Shown one piece after another: positions 48,407 to 58,910 of a stretch of DNA of 64,000 nucleotides. Numbering within the stretch: the first letter of the stretch is position 1; every line of letters begins with the position of its first letter. The position numbers and the translations under genes are program-made. The notes under the pieces are model-generated. The model saw only the letters and a program-made list of their open reading frames with translations. It made no database searches and was not told the DNA's origin. The DNA is from a virus. The stretch is from the IMG/VR virus record IMGVR_UViG_3300027608_000024, positions 1-64,000 of that record; one strand, 5' to 3'.

Positions 48407-48846
48407 TGGAGGCTGGAGACATTGGAGTTGGCTCACGCATTGGGCAAGCATGTGTTTTTGAGGGCGTACTAGCATCACCACCTGTAGGTGTTGCACTTGT
48501 TAAAGAGAAATATCACATTCGCCGTGGCTCTTGGGACGATGCATTAAAGCTTTGGACACCTAACGAACTCCCACTGAAGTCTTTAATTGATTCATCCGAA
48601 AGAATGGGGATTGCTACCGACATCATTACATTCCTTGACGCAGACGCAGTTGAACCAATGTACAGGTGGCTTGTAAGAAAAGGAATACACCTAGCGGTAG
48701 TTCACTATGACACACCCGAACTGTACGCTGAAGATCTTAAGTACAACCGTGGCGTAAAGGTTGTCTACACACCCAACAAAGAAATTGCTTACACACTTGG
48801 CATGCGAGCCACGGTAGTTAGCCCCAAATCGGCCTGGAGACTCTGA
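48403..48846 (+). CDS. Hypothetical protein (degenerate HAD-like)
   Basis: CVFEGVL; in operon. Confidence 0.55.
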   Translation: MMEAGDIGVGSRIGQACVFEGVLASPPVGVALVKEKYHIRRGSWDDALKLWTPNELPLKSLIDSSERMGIATDIITFLDADAVEPMYRWLVRKGIHLAVVHYDTPELYAEDLKYNRGVKVVYTPNKEIAYTLGMRATVVSPKSAWRL

Positions 48847-50099
48847 TGGCATCTAGTGAACTTTACTTAGTTTCAAAAGTCATTCTTGAAAAAGAAACAA
48901 ACATACCTATTCGTGCTGGGCTAAAGCCAGACCACCTAACTGGTGAGTGGCAAGGTGTATGGCAGTGGATCTTAGAGTTCCAACGTGCTCATGGTTCTGT
49001 ACCTACTGAGCGTGTATTCATGCAACAGTTTGGTGGCATCACCTTACATGACGTCAAGGACGAACCATTCTCAAGATTGCTTGATGAAATCTTTGATGCT
49101 TACCGCAAGCGTTGCATGCTGGACGCATTACAACCAGCAATCAATGCACTCAACGACGATGACATTGACAAAGCAATGTCAACACTTGCGTCGGGTTTAC
49201 AGAAAGCAAGTGTTGAAGCTTCTAGGTTGCGTGACGTAGACATTATTCAAAACTACGAGAACCGTCTTAACCGCTATGAAGAGATGCGCTTACAACCAAA
49301 CGCACTACGCGGAATCCCTACAGGATTTCATGGTCTTGACAAGATCACGCATGGCCTACGCCCACAGCAGTTCATTGTCTTTGCAGGTGAGCCTAAGCGT
49401 GGTAAATCTTTGTTTGCCTTGATCGTTGCTAACTCAGCGCACATCTACGGCAAGCGCCCTCTCTTCGTGTCCTTTGAAATGAGCATTGAAGAACAGGAGG
49501 CTCGCTACGACGCTTTGATTGCAAAAGTACCGTATGGCCGAATCCTTGCTGGAGATCTCACGAACAAGGACATGGAGAAAATTCGTAAAGCATTATCCAT
49601 CCGCAAACACATGCAACCGTTTGTGTTCAGTGAGGACACCGCTTCTCTAACAACTGTTAGCGGGCTTGCTGGAAAAGTACAAGAGTACCAACCGGACTTG
49701 CTAGTCGTGGACGGCGTGTACCTAATGGATGACGAAGAGGGCGAAGCAAAAGGTTCACCTCAAGCACTCACCAATATCACTCGTTCACTAAAACGACTTG
49801 CACAAAGGTTTGACATTCCTGTAGTTGCCACAACCCAAGTACTGTCTTGGAAACTAGGGAACAAGAAGACGCGTGCGGTAACAGCAGACGCAATTGGTTA
49901 CACCTCCTCATTCGCTCAAGACGCCGACTTAATCCTTGGTGTTGAGCGCAACCCAGACATGGATGACCAAGCAATCATCAGAGTTGTACTAGCAAGGTCT
50001 TCGCCAAATGGTGAAGTACACATCAAGTGGGATTGGACAACAATGGAGTTTGAGGAGGTATACGAGAATGGCGCAGACTTCGACCCCTCTTTCGACTGA
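48846..50099 (+). CDS. dnaB: DnaB-like replicative helicase
   Basis: GIPTGFHGLD, GEPKRGKS, SFEMS, VVDGVYLM, QDAD. Confidence 0.92.
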   Translation: MASSELYLVSKVILEKETNIPIRAGLKPDHLTGEWQGVWQWILEFQRAHGSVPTERVFMQQFGGITLHDVKDEPFSRLLDEIFDAYRKRCMLDALQPAINALNDDDIDKAMSTLASGLQKASVEASRLRDVDIIQNYENRLNRYEEMRLQPNALRGIPTGFHGLDKITHGLRPQQFIVFAGEPKRGKSLFALIVANSAHIYGKRPLFVSFEMSIEEQEARYDALIAKVPYGRILAGDLTNKDMEKIRKALSIRKHMQPFVFSEDTASLTTVSGLAGKVQEYQPDLLVVDGVYLMDDEEGEAKGSPQALTNITRSLKRLAQRFDIPVVATTQVLSWKLGNKKTRAVTADAIGYTSSFAQDADLILGVERNPDMDDQAIIRVVLARSSPNGEVHIKWDWTTMEFEEVYENGADFDPSFD

Positions 50100-50985
50100 T
50101 GTTGCTCTAATCCTTGAAACAGCAGGAGTAGAGATATCCAAGATTGGTGACAGGGAAATTACAGGCAAGTGCCCAGTCCACATCCACACAACTGGCCGTG
50201 CTGACAACTCTCCGTCATGGAGCATCAACTCCTCCAGTGGCTTATGGATCTGCTTCTCGTGTGGCGCTCGCGGCACCTTGTCGTCATTGCTCTACCAGCT
50301 AATTGGTGATAGCTCCATATCGGCACAGCAGTTTCTTATTAATGCTGGAATGCAGCGTTTGACGGATGGGCCAAAGCCACTTGAACTAACCCCGCTTGTA
50401 AACCCAGATGCGTTTTTAAAGTTTGATCGTGTATCCGATAAGCGTTGCCTATCTAAGAACCTAAACCCAGAACTGGTTTACAGGCATGGTGTTAGGTGGA
50501 ACACATCTAATAAGACATGGGCCTTGCCGATTATCTCAGCTACTGGGCAACTTAAAGGCTGGCAGGAAAAGAAACCAGGATGGGTTCGTAACTTTCCTGT
50601 TGGTGTAGAAAAAGGCAAAACCCTGTTTGGCATTGAAAGGTTCCGTGGACGAACAGCCGTTCTGGTAGAGTCTCCTTTAGACATTGTTAGGTTTGCAGAT
50701 GTCTTTTCTAAACCAAGTGCTCTAGCTTCATTTGGTGCACAAGTTAGTAGGGCTCAAATGGATTTACTTTTACATGTTGCTGATTCAGTTGTTGTTGCAA
50801 TGGACAACGACCAGGCAGGTATTGAATCAAGCAAGAAGCTTTACAAGTTTATGGGTACGCCCCGCAAAGGCATCAAGTGGTGGAACTACAGCAACACCGA
50901 AGCTAAAGATATAGGCGACATGACAGACGAAGAGATTGAAGAAGGATTACTAACAGCAACAGTAGTTCCTCCCTGGATTGGCTAA
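50068..50985 (+). CDS. DNA primase (Zn finger plus Toprim)
   Basis: CPVH...CFSC; VESPLD; MDNDQAG; KDIGD. Confidence 0.9.
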   Translation: MAQTSTPLSTDVALILETAGVEISKIGDREITGKCPVHIHTTGRADNSPSWSINSSSGLWICFSCGARGTLSSLLYQLIGDSSISAQQFLINAGMQRLTDGPKPLELTPLVNPDAFLKFDRVSDKRCLSKNLNPELVYRHGVRWNTSNKTWALPIISATGQLKGWQEKKPGWVRNFPVGVEKGKTLFGIERFRGRTAVLVESPLDIVRFADVFSKPSALASFGAQVSRAQMDLLLHVADSVVVAMDNDQAGIESSKKLYKFMGTPRKGIKWWNYSNTEAKDIGDMTDEEIEEGLLTATVVPPWIG

Positions 50986-52532
50986 TGTTTAACGGAAAGC
51001 TGTACCCATATCAAGAAGAGTCAGTTGACCGCATGGTTGACCGTGGCCAGATGCTCTTAGGTCTTGTTATGGGCGCAGGTAAGACAGTCACAACTATTGC
51101 TTGCATTGAGCAGCTCATGGAAGCTAACGAAGTTGAAAAGTGCCTAGTCATAGTTCCCTCATCCCTCAAGTATCAGTGGAAACGCGAGATTGAACGTTTC
51201 ACAAACTCACGAGTCATTGTCATTGACGGTACGCCCAAAACCAGGGAAAAAGCATGGAGAGCAACCCTCTCAGCTAAGTACATTATTGCTAACCCTGAGA
51301 CACTTATACGAGATTCGTCTCACTGTCTTAAAGTCAACTTCCAATCAGTTGTTGTTGACGAAGCAACAATCATTAAGTCTAGGGTCAGCAAACGCTCAAA
51401 GATGATTAAAAAGATTGGCAAGAGGGTGCACTATAGGTTTGCCCTTACTGGCCAGCCAATTGAAAACAGGCCAGAAGAGTTGTTCTCAATTATGGAGTTT
51501 GTTGACCCAGATGTACTTGGTCGGTTTGACCTGTTTGACAGGACGTTTATTGTTAGGGACCACTACGGTAAAGCAACTAGGTACAGGAACTTAAAGTCTT
51601 TGCACGAGTCAATGAGCGAATGCATGGTTCGTAAAACACGCGAGGACATTGCAGACCAACTGCCAAACATTATTCATCAAACCATCCCAGTTCCTTTTGA
51701 TGCGGCAGGGGCTAGTCTTTACAGAACCATATCAACTGACCTTCTTAATGAGCTTCAAAAGGTTCTTAATACCCATGGTGCTGGATTTAACTTGTGGAAA
51801 CACTATAACGACCCAGCTTCTAATGAGGCCCAAGGTCAGATTATGTCTCGCCTAACCGTATTGCGGATGCTATGCGATAACCCCCATTTAGTAACAAGGT
51901 CAGCTGCAGCATACGCCGACCCCAACAGACCCAACCAAGGTAGTGCTTATGCAGACGCAATTACTAAAAAAGGTTTTGTAACCCCAAACCTCGGTTCCCC
52001 AAAACTAGATGCCGTGATGGACTACATCACTCAAGTTCTTGACGAAGACCCAAAGAACAAGGTAGTTCTTTTTTCATTCTTTAAAGAAAACTTAAAGCTT
52101 CTAAAAGCAGCTACCGCCCGCATCACTAACAGTGTTCTTTTTACAGGGGACATGTCATCAGAAGAAAAAGACCAAGCCAAGCAACAATTTTCCAACGACC
52201 CTAACACTCGGCTCTTCTTATCATCAGACGCTGGTGGTTACGGCGTTGACCTACCCATGGCTAACTATTTAATCTCTTATGACCTTCCTTGGAGTAGCGG
52301 CAAGCTTGAACAAAGAGAAGCTCGTATCATTAGGTTGTCTTCACAATTCTCTCATGTTACGATTGCCACGTTCGTCATGCAAGGTTCCATTGAAGAAAGA
52401 CAATACGAGATGCTTCAGCAGAAGCGTTCAATCAATGAAGCTTTCGTTGACGGAAAACATCACGACATTCGTGGTGGATTTGACATCATGTTAGGTAGTC
52501 TTACATCCTTCCTAAGAGAATCACAGGTTTAA
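50985..52532 (+). CDS. SNF2-family helicase
   Basis: MGAGKT, VVDEA, LTGQPIEN, AGGYGVDL, QREARI. Confidence 0.92.
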   Translation: MFNGKLYPYQEESVDRMVDRGQMLLGLVMGAGKTVTTIACIEQLMEANEVEKCLVIVPSSLKYQWKREIERFTNSRVIVIDGTPKTREKAWRATLSAKYIIANPETLIRDSSHCLKVNFQSVVVDEATIIKSRVSKRSKMIKKIGKRVHYRFALTGQPIENRPEELFSIMEFVDPDVLGRFDLFDRTFIVRDHYGKATRYRNLKSLHESMSECMVRKTREDIADQLPNIIHQTIPVPFDAAGASLYRTISTDLLNELQKVLNTHGAGFNLWKHYNDPASNEAQGQIMSRLTVLRMLCDNPHLVTRSAAAYADPNRPNQGSAYADAITKKGFVTPNLGSPKLDAVMDYITQVLDEDPKNKVVLFSFFKENLKLLKAATARITNSVLFTGDMSSEEKDQAKQQFSNDPNTRLFLSSDAGGYGVDLPMANYLISYDLPWSSGKLEQREARIIRLSSQFSHVTIATFVMQGSIEERQYEMLQQKRSINEAFVDGKHHDIRGGFDIMLGSLTSFLRESQV

Positions 52533-52533
52533 A

Positions 52534-52956
52534 ATGTCAGACAAAATTGACAAAGATACTATTAGTCGGTTAATTGAGGAATACAAAAACTCAAGACACA
52601 TGGCAGACAAAGTTCAAGCACGAGTTGATGAGTTTAAAAAAGAACTAACTCGCTTAGTGAAGATGCACGGCAAGCCTGATGACAGGGGACACCTATGGTT
52701 GCCTGGTTTAGAGAACCAGGTAAAGCACGAACGTCGCGTAAGCAAATCTTTTGACCTTCAGTCCGCAAAAGAATGGGCTAAAGAAATTGGAATCTGGGAT
52801 GAAGTTAAAGAGGTAGTTGAAACTACCAGCGAAGACCAGATTTTAAAGTACGTGTGGTCACACCCAGAGCATGAGTCCACCCTTGCCTCTTTCTATAGCG
52901 AGAAAGAGTCATGGGCATTTAAAGTAGTTGATCAAAAGAGCTACGACGATGAGTAA
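52534..52956 (+). CDS. Hypothetical protein
   Basis: 140-aa ORF in operon. Confidence 0.7.
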   Translation: MSDKIDKDTISRLIEEYKNSRHMADKVQARVDEFKKELTRLVKMHGKPDDRGHLWLPGLENQVKHERRVSKSFDLQSAKEWAKEIGIWDEVKEVVETTSEDQILKYVWSHPEHESTLASFYSEKESWAFKVVDQKSYDDE

Positions 52957-53134
52957 TTTGTACAACCCATACACAAAGCCAAAAAAAGAAGAAAACCCTC
53001 ATATGCCTGCCAAAGATCAGCTTATGATTGAAAACAAGATGCTGGTAAAAAAAGTGCGTGAGTTAAGAGCAGAAGTTGAATTACTTAAAGCGGTAATCCA
53101 AGATTTAGACGAAGAGTATTTTAATGAATCGTGA
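52949..53134 (+). CDS. Small coiled-coil protein
   Basis: Overlapping operon ORF. Confidence 0.6.
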   Translation: MSNLYNPYTKPKKEENPHMPAKDQLMIENKMLVKKVRELRAEVELLKAVIQDLDEEYFNES

Positions 53135-53561
53135 CCCTCTTGCTTTCTTTAATAGCCTTCCAGACTTTCCTGGAAAGACTGCACCGAAGAACCGCAAGAT
53201 TGTTTCAAAAGATCCTTTAGCTGAAGATAGGCTTAATGGCGCTAAGTCAAAGATTATGAAGATCAATGGCGTTGACAGACAGTTTTTTACAGTAGGTGAA
53301 TTAGCTAAGGCAGTTAACCGTAAGCCCGTTACAATCAGGTCATGGGAATTGAACGGTTGGTTGCCAAAAGCCAAGTACCGAACACCAGCACCCAAGGGAA
53401 CACAAATTCCTGGAAAAGTTGCAAAAGGACGTAGGCTTTACTCGCTAGAGCAAGTAGAGTTTCTACTAACCGCGCTGTTGCGGTTTGAGATAGACAACCC
53501 AGCGAAGGCCAACTGGGACGGCTTCAGACAGCACATAAAAAACCAATGGCCCAACGATTAA
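53124..53561 (+). CDS. MerR-like HTH DNA-binding protein
   Basis: FTVGELAKAVNRKPVTIRSWELNGWLP...RRLYS. Confidence 0.82.
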   Translation: MNRDPLAFFNSLPDFPGKTAPKNRKIVSKDPLAEDRLNGAKSKIMKINGVDRQFFTVGELAKAVNRKPVTIRSWELNGWLPKAKYRTPAPKGTQIPGKVAKGRRLYSLEQVEFLLTALLRFEIDNPAKANWDGFRQHIKNQWPND

Positions 53562-53572
53562 GGAAAAACATT

Positions 53573-54277
53573 ATGAGCAGATACGAAGATGACGAAAACG
53601 AGATTGTTGAGGATGCACCAGTACGTGCACCCAAGACAGCCAAGTTGGTAGTTGAAGATATTGAAGAAGAGGAAGAGCGACCCGCTTCTGCCTCTAGGGT
53701 AATCCGTCGTGGTTGGGGTGCAGCAGATTCTGTCAAGCACGCCGACTCACCATACGCACAACGGTTGCGTGTAATGGAAGATCCCATTGTCATCAAGTTC
53801 CTTGAAGACGAACCCTACGCCTCTTACCGCCAGCACTGGGTAGAGCGTTCAGGTCAGAAGTCATTCACTTGCATTGCGGACATTGACCCTAAGGGTTGTC
53901 CTCTTTGTGACGCAGGTAGCCGTCCGTCAACACGCTTTGCATTTAACGTAGTTTTGCTTAGCCCAGACAGCGACTCAACAATCAAGTCCTACGAAGTAGG
54001 CCCACGAGTAATTGACCAACTTAAGAACTTTCACAACGATCCTCGTCAGGGACCTTTGTCAAAGCACTTTTGGGCAGTCAGCCGTTCGGGTAAGGGCGCA
54101 ACATCCGCTACCAATCATCAGTTGGTAAAGGACCGCGACCTTGAAGAGTGGAACCTCACTGAGCCAACTGCGGAAGAACTTAAAGACTTCCGTAACAAGT
54201 CCTACACTCCGGACATCATTCAGATTCCTTCTCGCAAGGATCTCCAGCAGATTGCTCTTGAAGATCTGGACGACTGA
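53573..54277 (+). CDS. Single-stranded DNA-binding protein (gp32-like)
   Basis: IKFL...HW...C...CPLC; FAFNV; acidic ends; lies before the polymerase. Confidence 0.72.
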   Translation: MSRYEDDENEIVEDAPVRAPKTAKLVVEDIEEEEERPASASRVIRRGWGAADSVKHADSPYAQRLRVMEDPIVIKFLEDEPYASYRQHWVERSGQKSFTCIADIDPKGCPLCDAGSRPSTRFAFNVVLLSPDSDSTIKSYEVGPRVIDQLKNFHNDPRQGPLSKHFWAVSRSGKGATSATNHQLVKDRDLEEWNLTEPTAEELKDFRNKSYTPDIIQIPSRKDLQQIALEDLDD

Positions 54278-54282
54278 TATCC

Positions 54283-56373
54283 GTGGCGCATGATGCGTTT
54301 GAGGTGGGGGGCAGAAATGCCCCCCACTTCGTATCTACAGTAGAAGAACTAGAAGAGATTGTTCGCGTAGTACAAGAGCATGGCGCTTTTGTATTTGACG
54401 TTGAAACATACGGTGCTATTGATCGCCACCCCGATGTTGAGAAGTGGATTGAAAAGGAATGGCAAGAACACCTTGCTACTCTGAAAACAACTAACGATGA
54501 TGTACTGGCTCGTGCTAGGGAAATCATTGTTGGGCGTTGGAAGAACATGCTTGCACTTGACCCACTCCGCAACAGCGTCTTTTGGATTGCTATTGCCACA
54601 GAGGGACGTTCATGGGCAATCCCCATGGGCCACCCCAACGGCGAGGTAATTGTTCCAGAAGAACGAGGTGATGGCTCTACAGTACCTCCGCCCGGTTATA
54701 GGAAGTTTACGGCCAGTGGCAAAGAGTCCATGGCCAAAGCAAGATACTTTAAGCCAGCGGTGTTTAGTCCTGCCCCAAAGCAGTTGACTCCAGCAGAAGT
54801 TTTTGAAGTTCTACGTCCGTTGTTCTTTAGTGACATTGTTAAAATTGGCCACAACGTAAAGTTTGATGCACGGTCAGTTCGTAAATACTTTGGTGGGGAT
54901 TTACCTGAGGGTCCTTTTCTTGACACGATGCTTATGCAGCATATTGTTAATGAGAACTTGATGGAGTACAACCTTGCGCATTTGATTTCTCATAACTTTT
55001 CGGGGTTCAGTGCTTACCATCGTGATGGCAAGCTAGGCGCATTCATCACTGAGGTGTCTTTTTCTAAAGCGTTACATTACGTGCACTTAGACGCACGTTG
55101 GACTTGGCTTTTATACAAGGTGTTATATAAAAAGGTAACACACGTCCCCGAGCTACTTAACTCTCTTCGCCAAGACATGCAGGTATTACGCGTCATCATG
55201 GAGATGGAAGACACTGGTATCCCAGTCAACCAACGTGAGATGACTGCTTTGGGCAAGCGTCTTGAGGTTAGATTAAACGAGATACTTCTTGACCTCAATG
55301 ATTACGCTCCCCCAGGGTTTAACCCCGACAGTTCAAAGCACAAACAACAGTTGTTGTTTAATAAGAAGCGTGAGGGTGGCCTTGGACTTAAGTCAGTAAA
55401 GACAACCCCTGGTGGTAACGCCTCAGTAGACGAGGAAGCTTTACACAAACTTGAGACCAAGCACCCAGTAGTGCCCATGTTGCTTGAGTGGGCAGAAACA
55501 AAGAAGTTGGTTACAACTTACGTTGACGGGCTACTACCAAAACTCCACAATGGCAGACTTCACCCCTCGTTCCACCTACATAGGACTGCAACTGGTCGTC
55601 TATCTTCAAGCAACCCCAACCTGCAGAACATCCCCCGTGACAGCACGGTGCGCAACTTATTTAGGGCACCAGCAGGTTATGAACTATTAGTTGCTGACTA
55701 TGACCAGATTGAACTTCGGGTTATGTGCATGTTTTCCCATGACCCTAAAATGAGTGAGTTCTTCCTTACAGGAGAAGACATCCACTCAGGAGCAGCGGCA
55801 CTTGTATTAGGCAAGGACGTTAGTGAAGTTACCGCAGAAGAACGACAACTTGGTAAAGGTGTTAACTTTTTGACTGCCTATGGCGGTGGCGCACAAAAGC
55901 TTGCCCGCACGACTGGTATAGACGAAGACCATGCCAAGCACGTAATTGACCAGTACTATCGACAGTTCTCAGGTATTACCAAGTGGAAGCAAGAAGTCAT
56001 TGCTGAGGGCAGGTCTAAGGGTTACGTTTCTACAATCTCAGGTAGGCGCCGGCATTTGCCAGATCTTTGCTCATCAGATAACAACTTGAAAGCACGAGCA
56101 GAACGACAAGCAGTAAACGCAGTCGTTCAAGGTTCAGCCGCTGACATCTGTAAGAAAGCAATGATTGACGTTTACGAGGCCCTATCTGGGCTTGAGGCAA
56201 ACATGCTGGTACAAGTTCATGACGAATTACTAGTTATGACACGAACCGAGTTATCCGCTGATATATTCCCAGTAATGATAAATGCCATGGGGGACGGGGT
56301 TGTGTACGAAGGTATACCATTAAAGGTATCAGGCCATGCAGCATCCAGTTGGGCCGAGGCAAAAGGTAAATAG
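54283..56373 (+). CDS. polA: Family A DNA polymerase with 3'-5' exonuclease
   Basis: FDVET, HNVKFD, TGRLSSSNPNLQNIP, DYDQIELR, KGVNFLTAYG, QVHDEL. Confidence 0.95.
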   Translation: MAHDAFEVGGRNAPHFVSTVEELEEIVRVVQEHGAFVFDVETYGAIDRHPDVEKWIEKEWQEHLATLKTTNDDVLARAREIIVGRWKNMLALDPLRNSVFWIAIATEGRSWAIPMGHPNGEVIVPEERGDGSTVPPPGYRKFTASGKESMAKARYFKPAVFSPAPKQLTPAEVFEVLRPLFFSDIVKIGHNVKFDARSVRKYFGGDLPEGPFLDTMLMQHIVNENLMEYNLAHLISHNFSGFSAYHRDGKLGAFITEVSFSKALHYVHLDARWTWLLYKVLYKKVTHVPELLNSLRQDMQVLRVIMEMEDTGIPVNQREMTALGKRLEVRLNEILLDLNDYAPPGFNPDSSKHKQQLLFNKKREGGLGLKSVKTTPGGNASVDEEALHKLETKHPVVPMLLEWAETKKLVTTYVDGLLPKLHNGRLHPSFHLHRTATGRLSSSNPNLQNIPRDSTVRNLFRAPAGYELLVADYDQIELRVMCMFSHDPKMSEFFLTGEDIHSGAAALVLGKDVSEVTAEERQLGKGVNFLTAYGGGAQKLARTTGIDEDHAKHVIDQYYRQFSGITKWKQEVIAEGRSKGYVSTISGRRRHLPDLCSSDNNLKARAERQAVNAVVQGSAADICKKAMIDVYEALSGLEANMLVQVHDELLVMTRTELSADIFPVMINAMGDGVVYEGIPLKVSGHAASSWAEAKGK

Positions 56374-56374
56374 C

Positions 56375-56806
56375 ATGCCCCATACTCCTATAGATAAGCG
56401 AAACTTCTATTTATCCCTTTCAATTGCCGAAGGGCAAAAGATTGCATCATCAGCTGGGTTTTCCGTACCTTCAACAGAAGTACAGGAAAGCGAAATCATG
56501 GACATTATTAGCAAGTGGGTAATACTTGCTAGCATGGGCATCTTTGAAACCACCCAAAACTGTGCTGAATGGATGTTAGAAGTTGTCAAAGTACACAACG
56601 ACCTAACTGAGTCTGAGCTTGAAAACACAAAGAACGTAATACTTTCTTTTGGAATGGCTTTAGTTTCCCATCTTGTAGATAACGATATGTTGTTGCTTCC
56701 AGAAAGATCTGGAAGTAGCCTTGTAAAAGAAGATAGTTCTGCTATCTTTAGTTTCCTAACTTTTGCAACAGAAGACGACGAAGAGGAAGATTACGAAGAT
56801 GAGTGA
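56375..56806 (+). CDS. Hypothetical protein
   Basis: Operon ORF; acidic tail. Confidence 0.65.
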   Translation: MPHTPIDKRNFYLSLSIAEGQKIASSAGFSVPSTEVQESEIMDIISKWVILASMGIFETTQNCAEWMLEVVKVHNDLTESELENTKNVILSFGMALVSHLVDNDMLLLPERSGSSLVKEDSSAIFSFLTFATEDDEEEDYEDE

Positions 56807-57209
56807 TTGGTGGTCACGTCAGTTATCAACTCCACAGCAACGTACGGCTCCACGGCAGGAGAACCATTCTTCGCCTCCCGTTACGCCTCCTGCACGTTTT
56901 GGCTCTATCCAAATCCCAGTACAGCATCAGCCACAACCCCAACAACCACAGCAACGTGTACTTGATGAGAACCGCGCACCTACTGAGAATGTTTCTATGG
57001 GTGACGCAATCCGTTTGTGGAAGGGTGGCGAAGCCGCCAAAAAGCAACCCGATATGTACTGCCCCGAATGCGGTAGTCAAAACATATTTGTTCGTACAGC
57101 CAAAGGTGGCAACACCATGATTTCAGGTAGTAACCCAGCACCCCGTTGTTTTGAATGCGGTTGGAATGGTATTTACGATCAAGGTTCGCAGTCCTCTTGG
57201 GCTGTCTAA
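56799..57209 (+). CDS. Zinc-ribbon protein
   Basis: CPEC...CFEC; Pro/Gln-rich N-terminus. Confidence 0.7.
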   Translation: MSDWWSRQLSTPQQRTAPRQENHSSPPVTPPARFGSIQIPVQHQPQPQQPQQRVLDENRAPTENVSMGDAIRLWKGGEAAKKQPDMYCPECGSQNIFVRTAKGGNTMISGSNPAPRCFECGWNGIYDQGSQSSWAV

Positions 57210-57222
57210 TTAGGAGCACAAA

Positions 57223-58239
57223 TTGAAAATTGAAGAGCATGAGACGCTTGCGTCTATTATTGCGTCCATCAACAAGAAGTACGGCGAAGACATTATTGTC
57301 CAAGGCAACCGTGTTAAAGAAGAACTTCCACGCATTACAACTGGCATCCTTGCATATGACTTGATGCTTGGTGGTGGTTGGCCTATGAACCAGTGGTCTG
57401 AAATCATTGGTGATGAGTCATCAGGCAAAACTGCAGTTGCTTACAAAACCATTGCGGCCAATCAGGCATTAGACCCTGAGTGGATTGCTATGTGGGTTGC
57501 GGCAGAAGAGTTTGTTCCCGAGTACGCCGCATCAATTGGTGTTGACTTGGAGCGTCTGTGGGTTGTTGAAACCAACATTATGGAGCATGCCTACGATCTA
57601 ATCATTAGGGCTATGCAGAACCGTGCTGTTGACTGCATTGTCCTTGACTCACTCCCAGCACTTGTTCCTGGCGATGAGGATGAGAAGACCATGGCAGAGT
57701 TTCAAATGGGCCTTGGTGCACGACTTACTGGTAAGTTCTTTCGTAAGTCATCCAAAGCGCAGAAGCGTTCTATGGTTAACGAAGACCGTGGTTGCACTGG
57801 GCTTATCATTAACCAGTGGCGTGAAAAGATTGGCGTCATGTACGGCGATCCTCGTACCACACCAGGTGGCAAGGCCAAGAATTTCCACTATTTCTGCCGT
57901 GTTGAAGTTAAGCGTGATGAGTGGATCAAGGAAAAGGATGAGCCAGTAGGCCAAACTATTCGTGGTCGTACCATGAAGAACAAGACCTACCGCCCACAGC
58001 AAGTAGCGCAGGTGGACTTCTATTTCACTGACTCAAACGGTTTTTCCCTTGGGGAGTTTGACACCATAAAAGATATCGTTAACATTTGTATTGCTACAGA
58101 AATCATTACTCGTGGTGGTGCCTATTACAACTATGACGGTCAAAAGTGGCAAGGCAAAGACGCCCTGTTACAGGGTGTACGAGAAGACCTAGGTCTACAG
58201 GCAATCCTTAAACAGAAAGCCACAGAGAAGTTTCTATGA
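57223..58239 (+). CDS. recA: RecA-like recombinase
   Basis: GDESSGKT, VLDS, INQWREKIGVMYGDPRTTPGG. Confidence 0.95.
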   Translation: MKIEEHETLASIIASINKKYGEDIIVQGNRVKEELPRITTGILAYDLMLGGGWPMNQWSEIIGDESSGKTAVAYKTIAANQALDPEWIAMWVAAEEFVPEYAASIGVDLERLWVVETNIMEHAYDLIIRAMQNRAVDCIVLDSLPALVPGDEDEKTMAEFQMGLGARLTGKFFRKSSKAQKRSMVNEDRGCTGLIINQWREKIGVMYGDPRTTPGGKAKNFHYFCRVEVKRDEWIKEKDEPVGQTIRGRTMKNKTYRPQQVAQVDFYFTDSNGFSLGEFDTIKDIVNICIATEIITRGGAYYNYDGQKWQGKDALLQGVREDLGLQAILKQKATEKFL

Positions 58240-58577
58240 TTCTTGGTCGTGAAGACCCAAAAGATAAACAACGCCAAATAATGAAAGCCTCTAAAAAGCA
58301 GGAACTACGATCTGCTAAGGCTTACAATGGCAGTCGCAATGCAGGATCAGGTTCTGGGTGGATGCGTAAGAATGACGTGCGCACCCATGACATGCTTATA
58401 GAAAACAAATTGACGTATAACGAAAAGTCTTATTCAATTAAGGCCAAAGAATTACAGGAGTTAACCCAACGTGCTGTACTTGAAGATAGGCTTCCTGTGT
58501 TGCAGTTCGATATTGGCGGGCGTAATTACGTCATCCTTAATGAAGCAGACTTTCAAATGATTATTGGAGAAGTATGA
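58236..58577 (+). CDS. PD-(D/E)XK nuclease (resolvase-like)
   Basis: QE...GSG...KNDV...IENK. Confidence 0.7.
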   Translation: MILGREDPKDKQRQIMKASKKQELRSAKAYNGSRNAGSGSGWMRKNDVRTHDMLIENKLTYNEKSYSIKAKELQELTQRAVLEDRLPVLQFDIGGRNYVILNEADFQMIIGEV

Positions 58578-58750
58578 GTACCTCAGATACAGCCTCACCT
58601 AGCTATGAGTCTTTACTAGAAGAACGCAATAAATGGAAAAAGATTGCTCATGATCTATACATGGCGGCAGCCCATATAAACAACTGTAAACCATGTAGGA
58701 ATAGGTCAATCCCAGCAATGTACAACTACGAAGAGGCAAACAATGACTGA
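58574..58750 (+). CDS. Small hypothetical protein (58 aa)
   Basis: ATGA overlap; GGAG RBS. Confidence 0.55.
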   Translation: MSTSDTASPSYESLLEERNKWKKIAHDLYMAAAHINNCKPCRNRSIPAMYNYEEANND

Positions 58751-58910
58751 TTCACATGTTGAGAACGCTCATCTTGATTTAGGTATTCAAATTGAGAAAT
58801 TATTAAGTGACCGTGCCCATTTGGCAAGGATCATTTCGTCAATGTACAACTGGAAAGATAAGGGCGTTGAAGACATCATCGCTGCTTTTCCAAGGGAAAC
58901 TAATGACTGA
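58743..58910 (+). CDS. Small hypothetical protein (55 aa)
   Basis: Overlapping starts/stops on both sides; GAGG RBS. Confidence 0.55.
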   Translation: MTDSHVENAHLDLGIQIEKLLSDRAHLARIISSMYNWKDKGVEDIIAAFPRETND

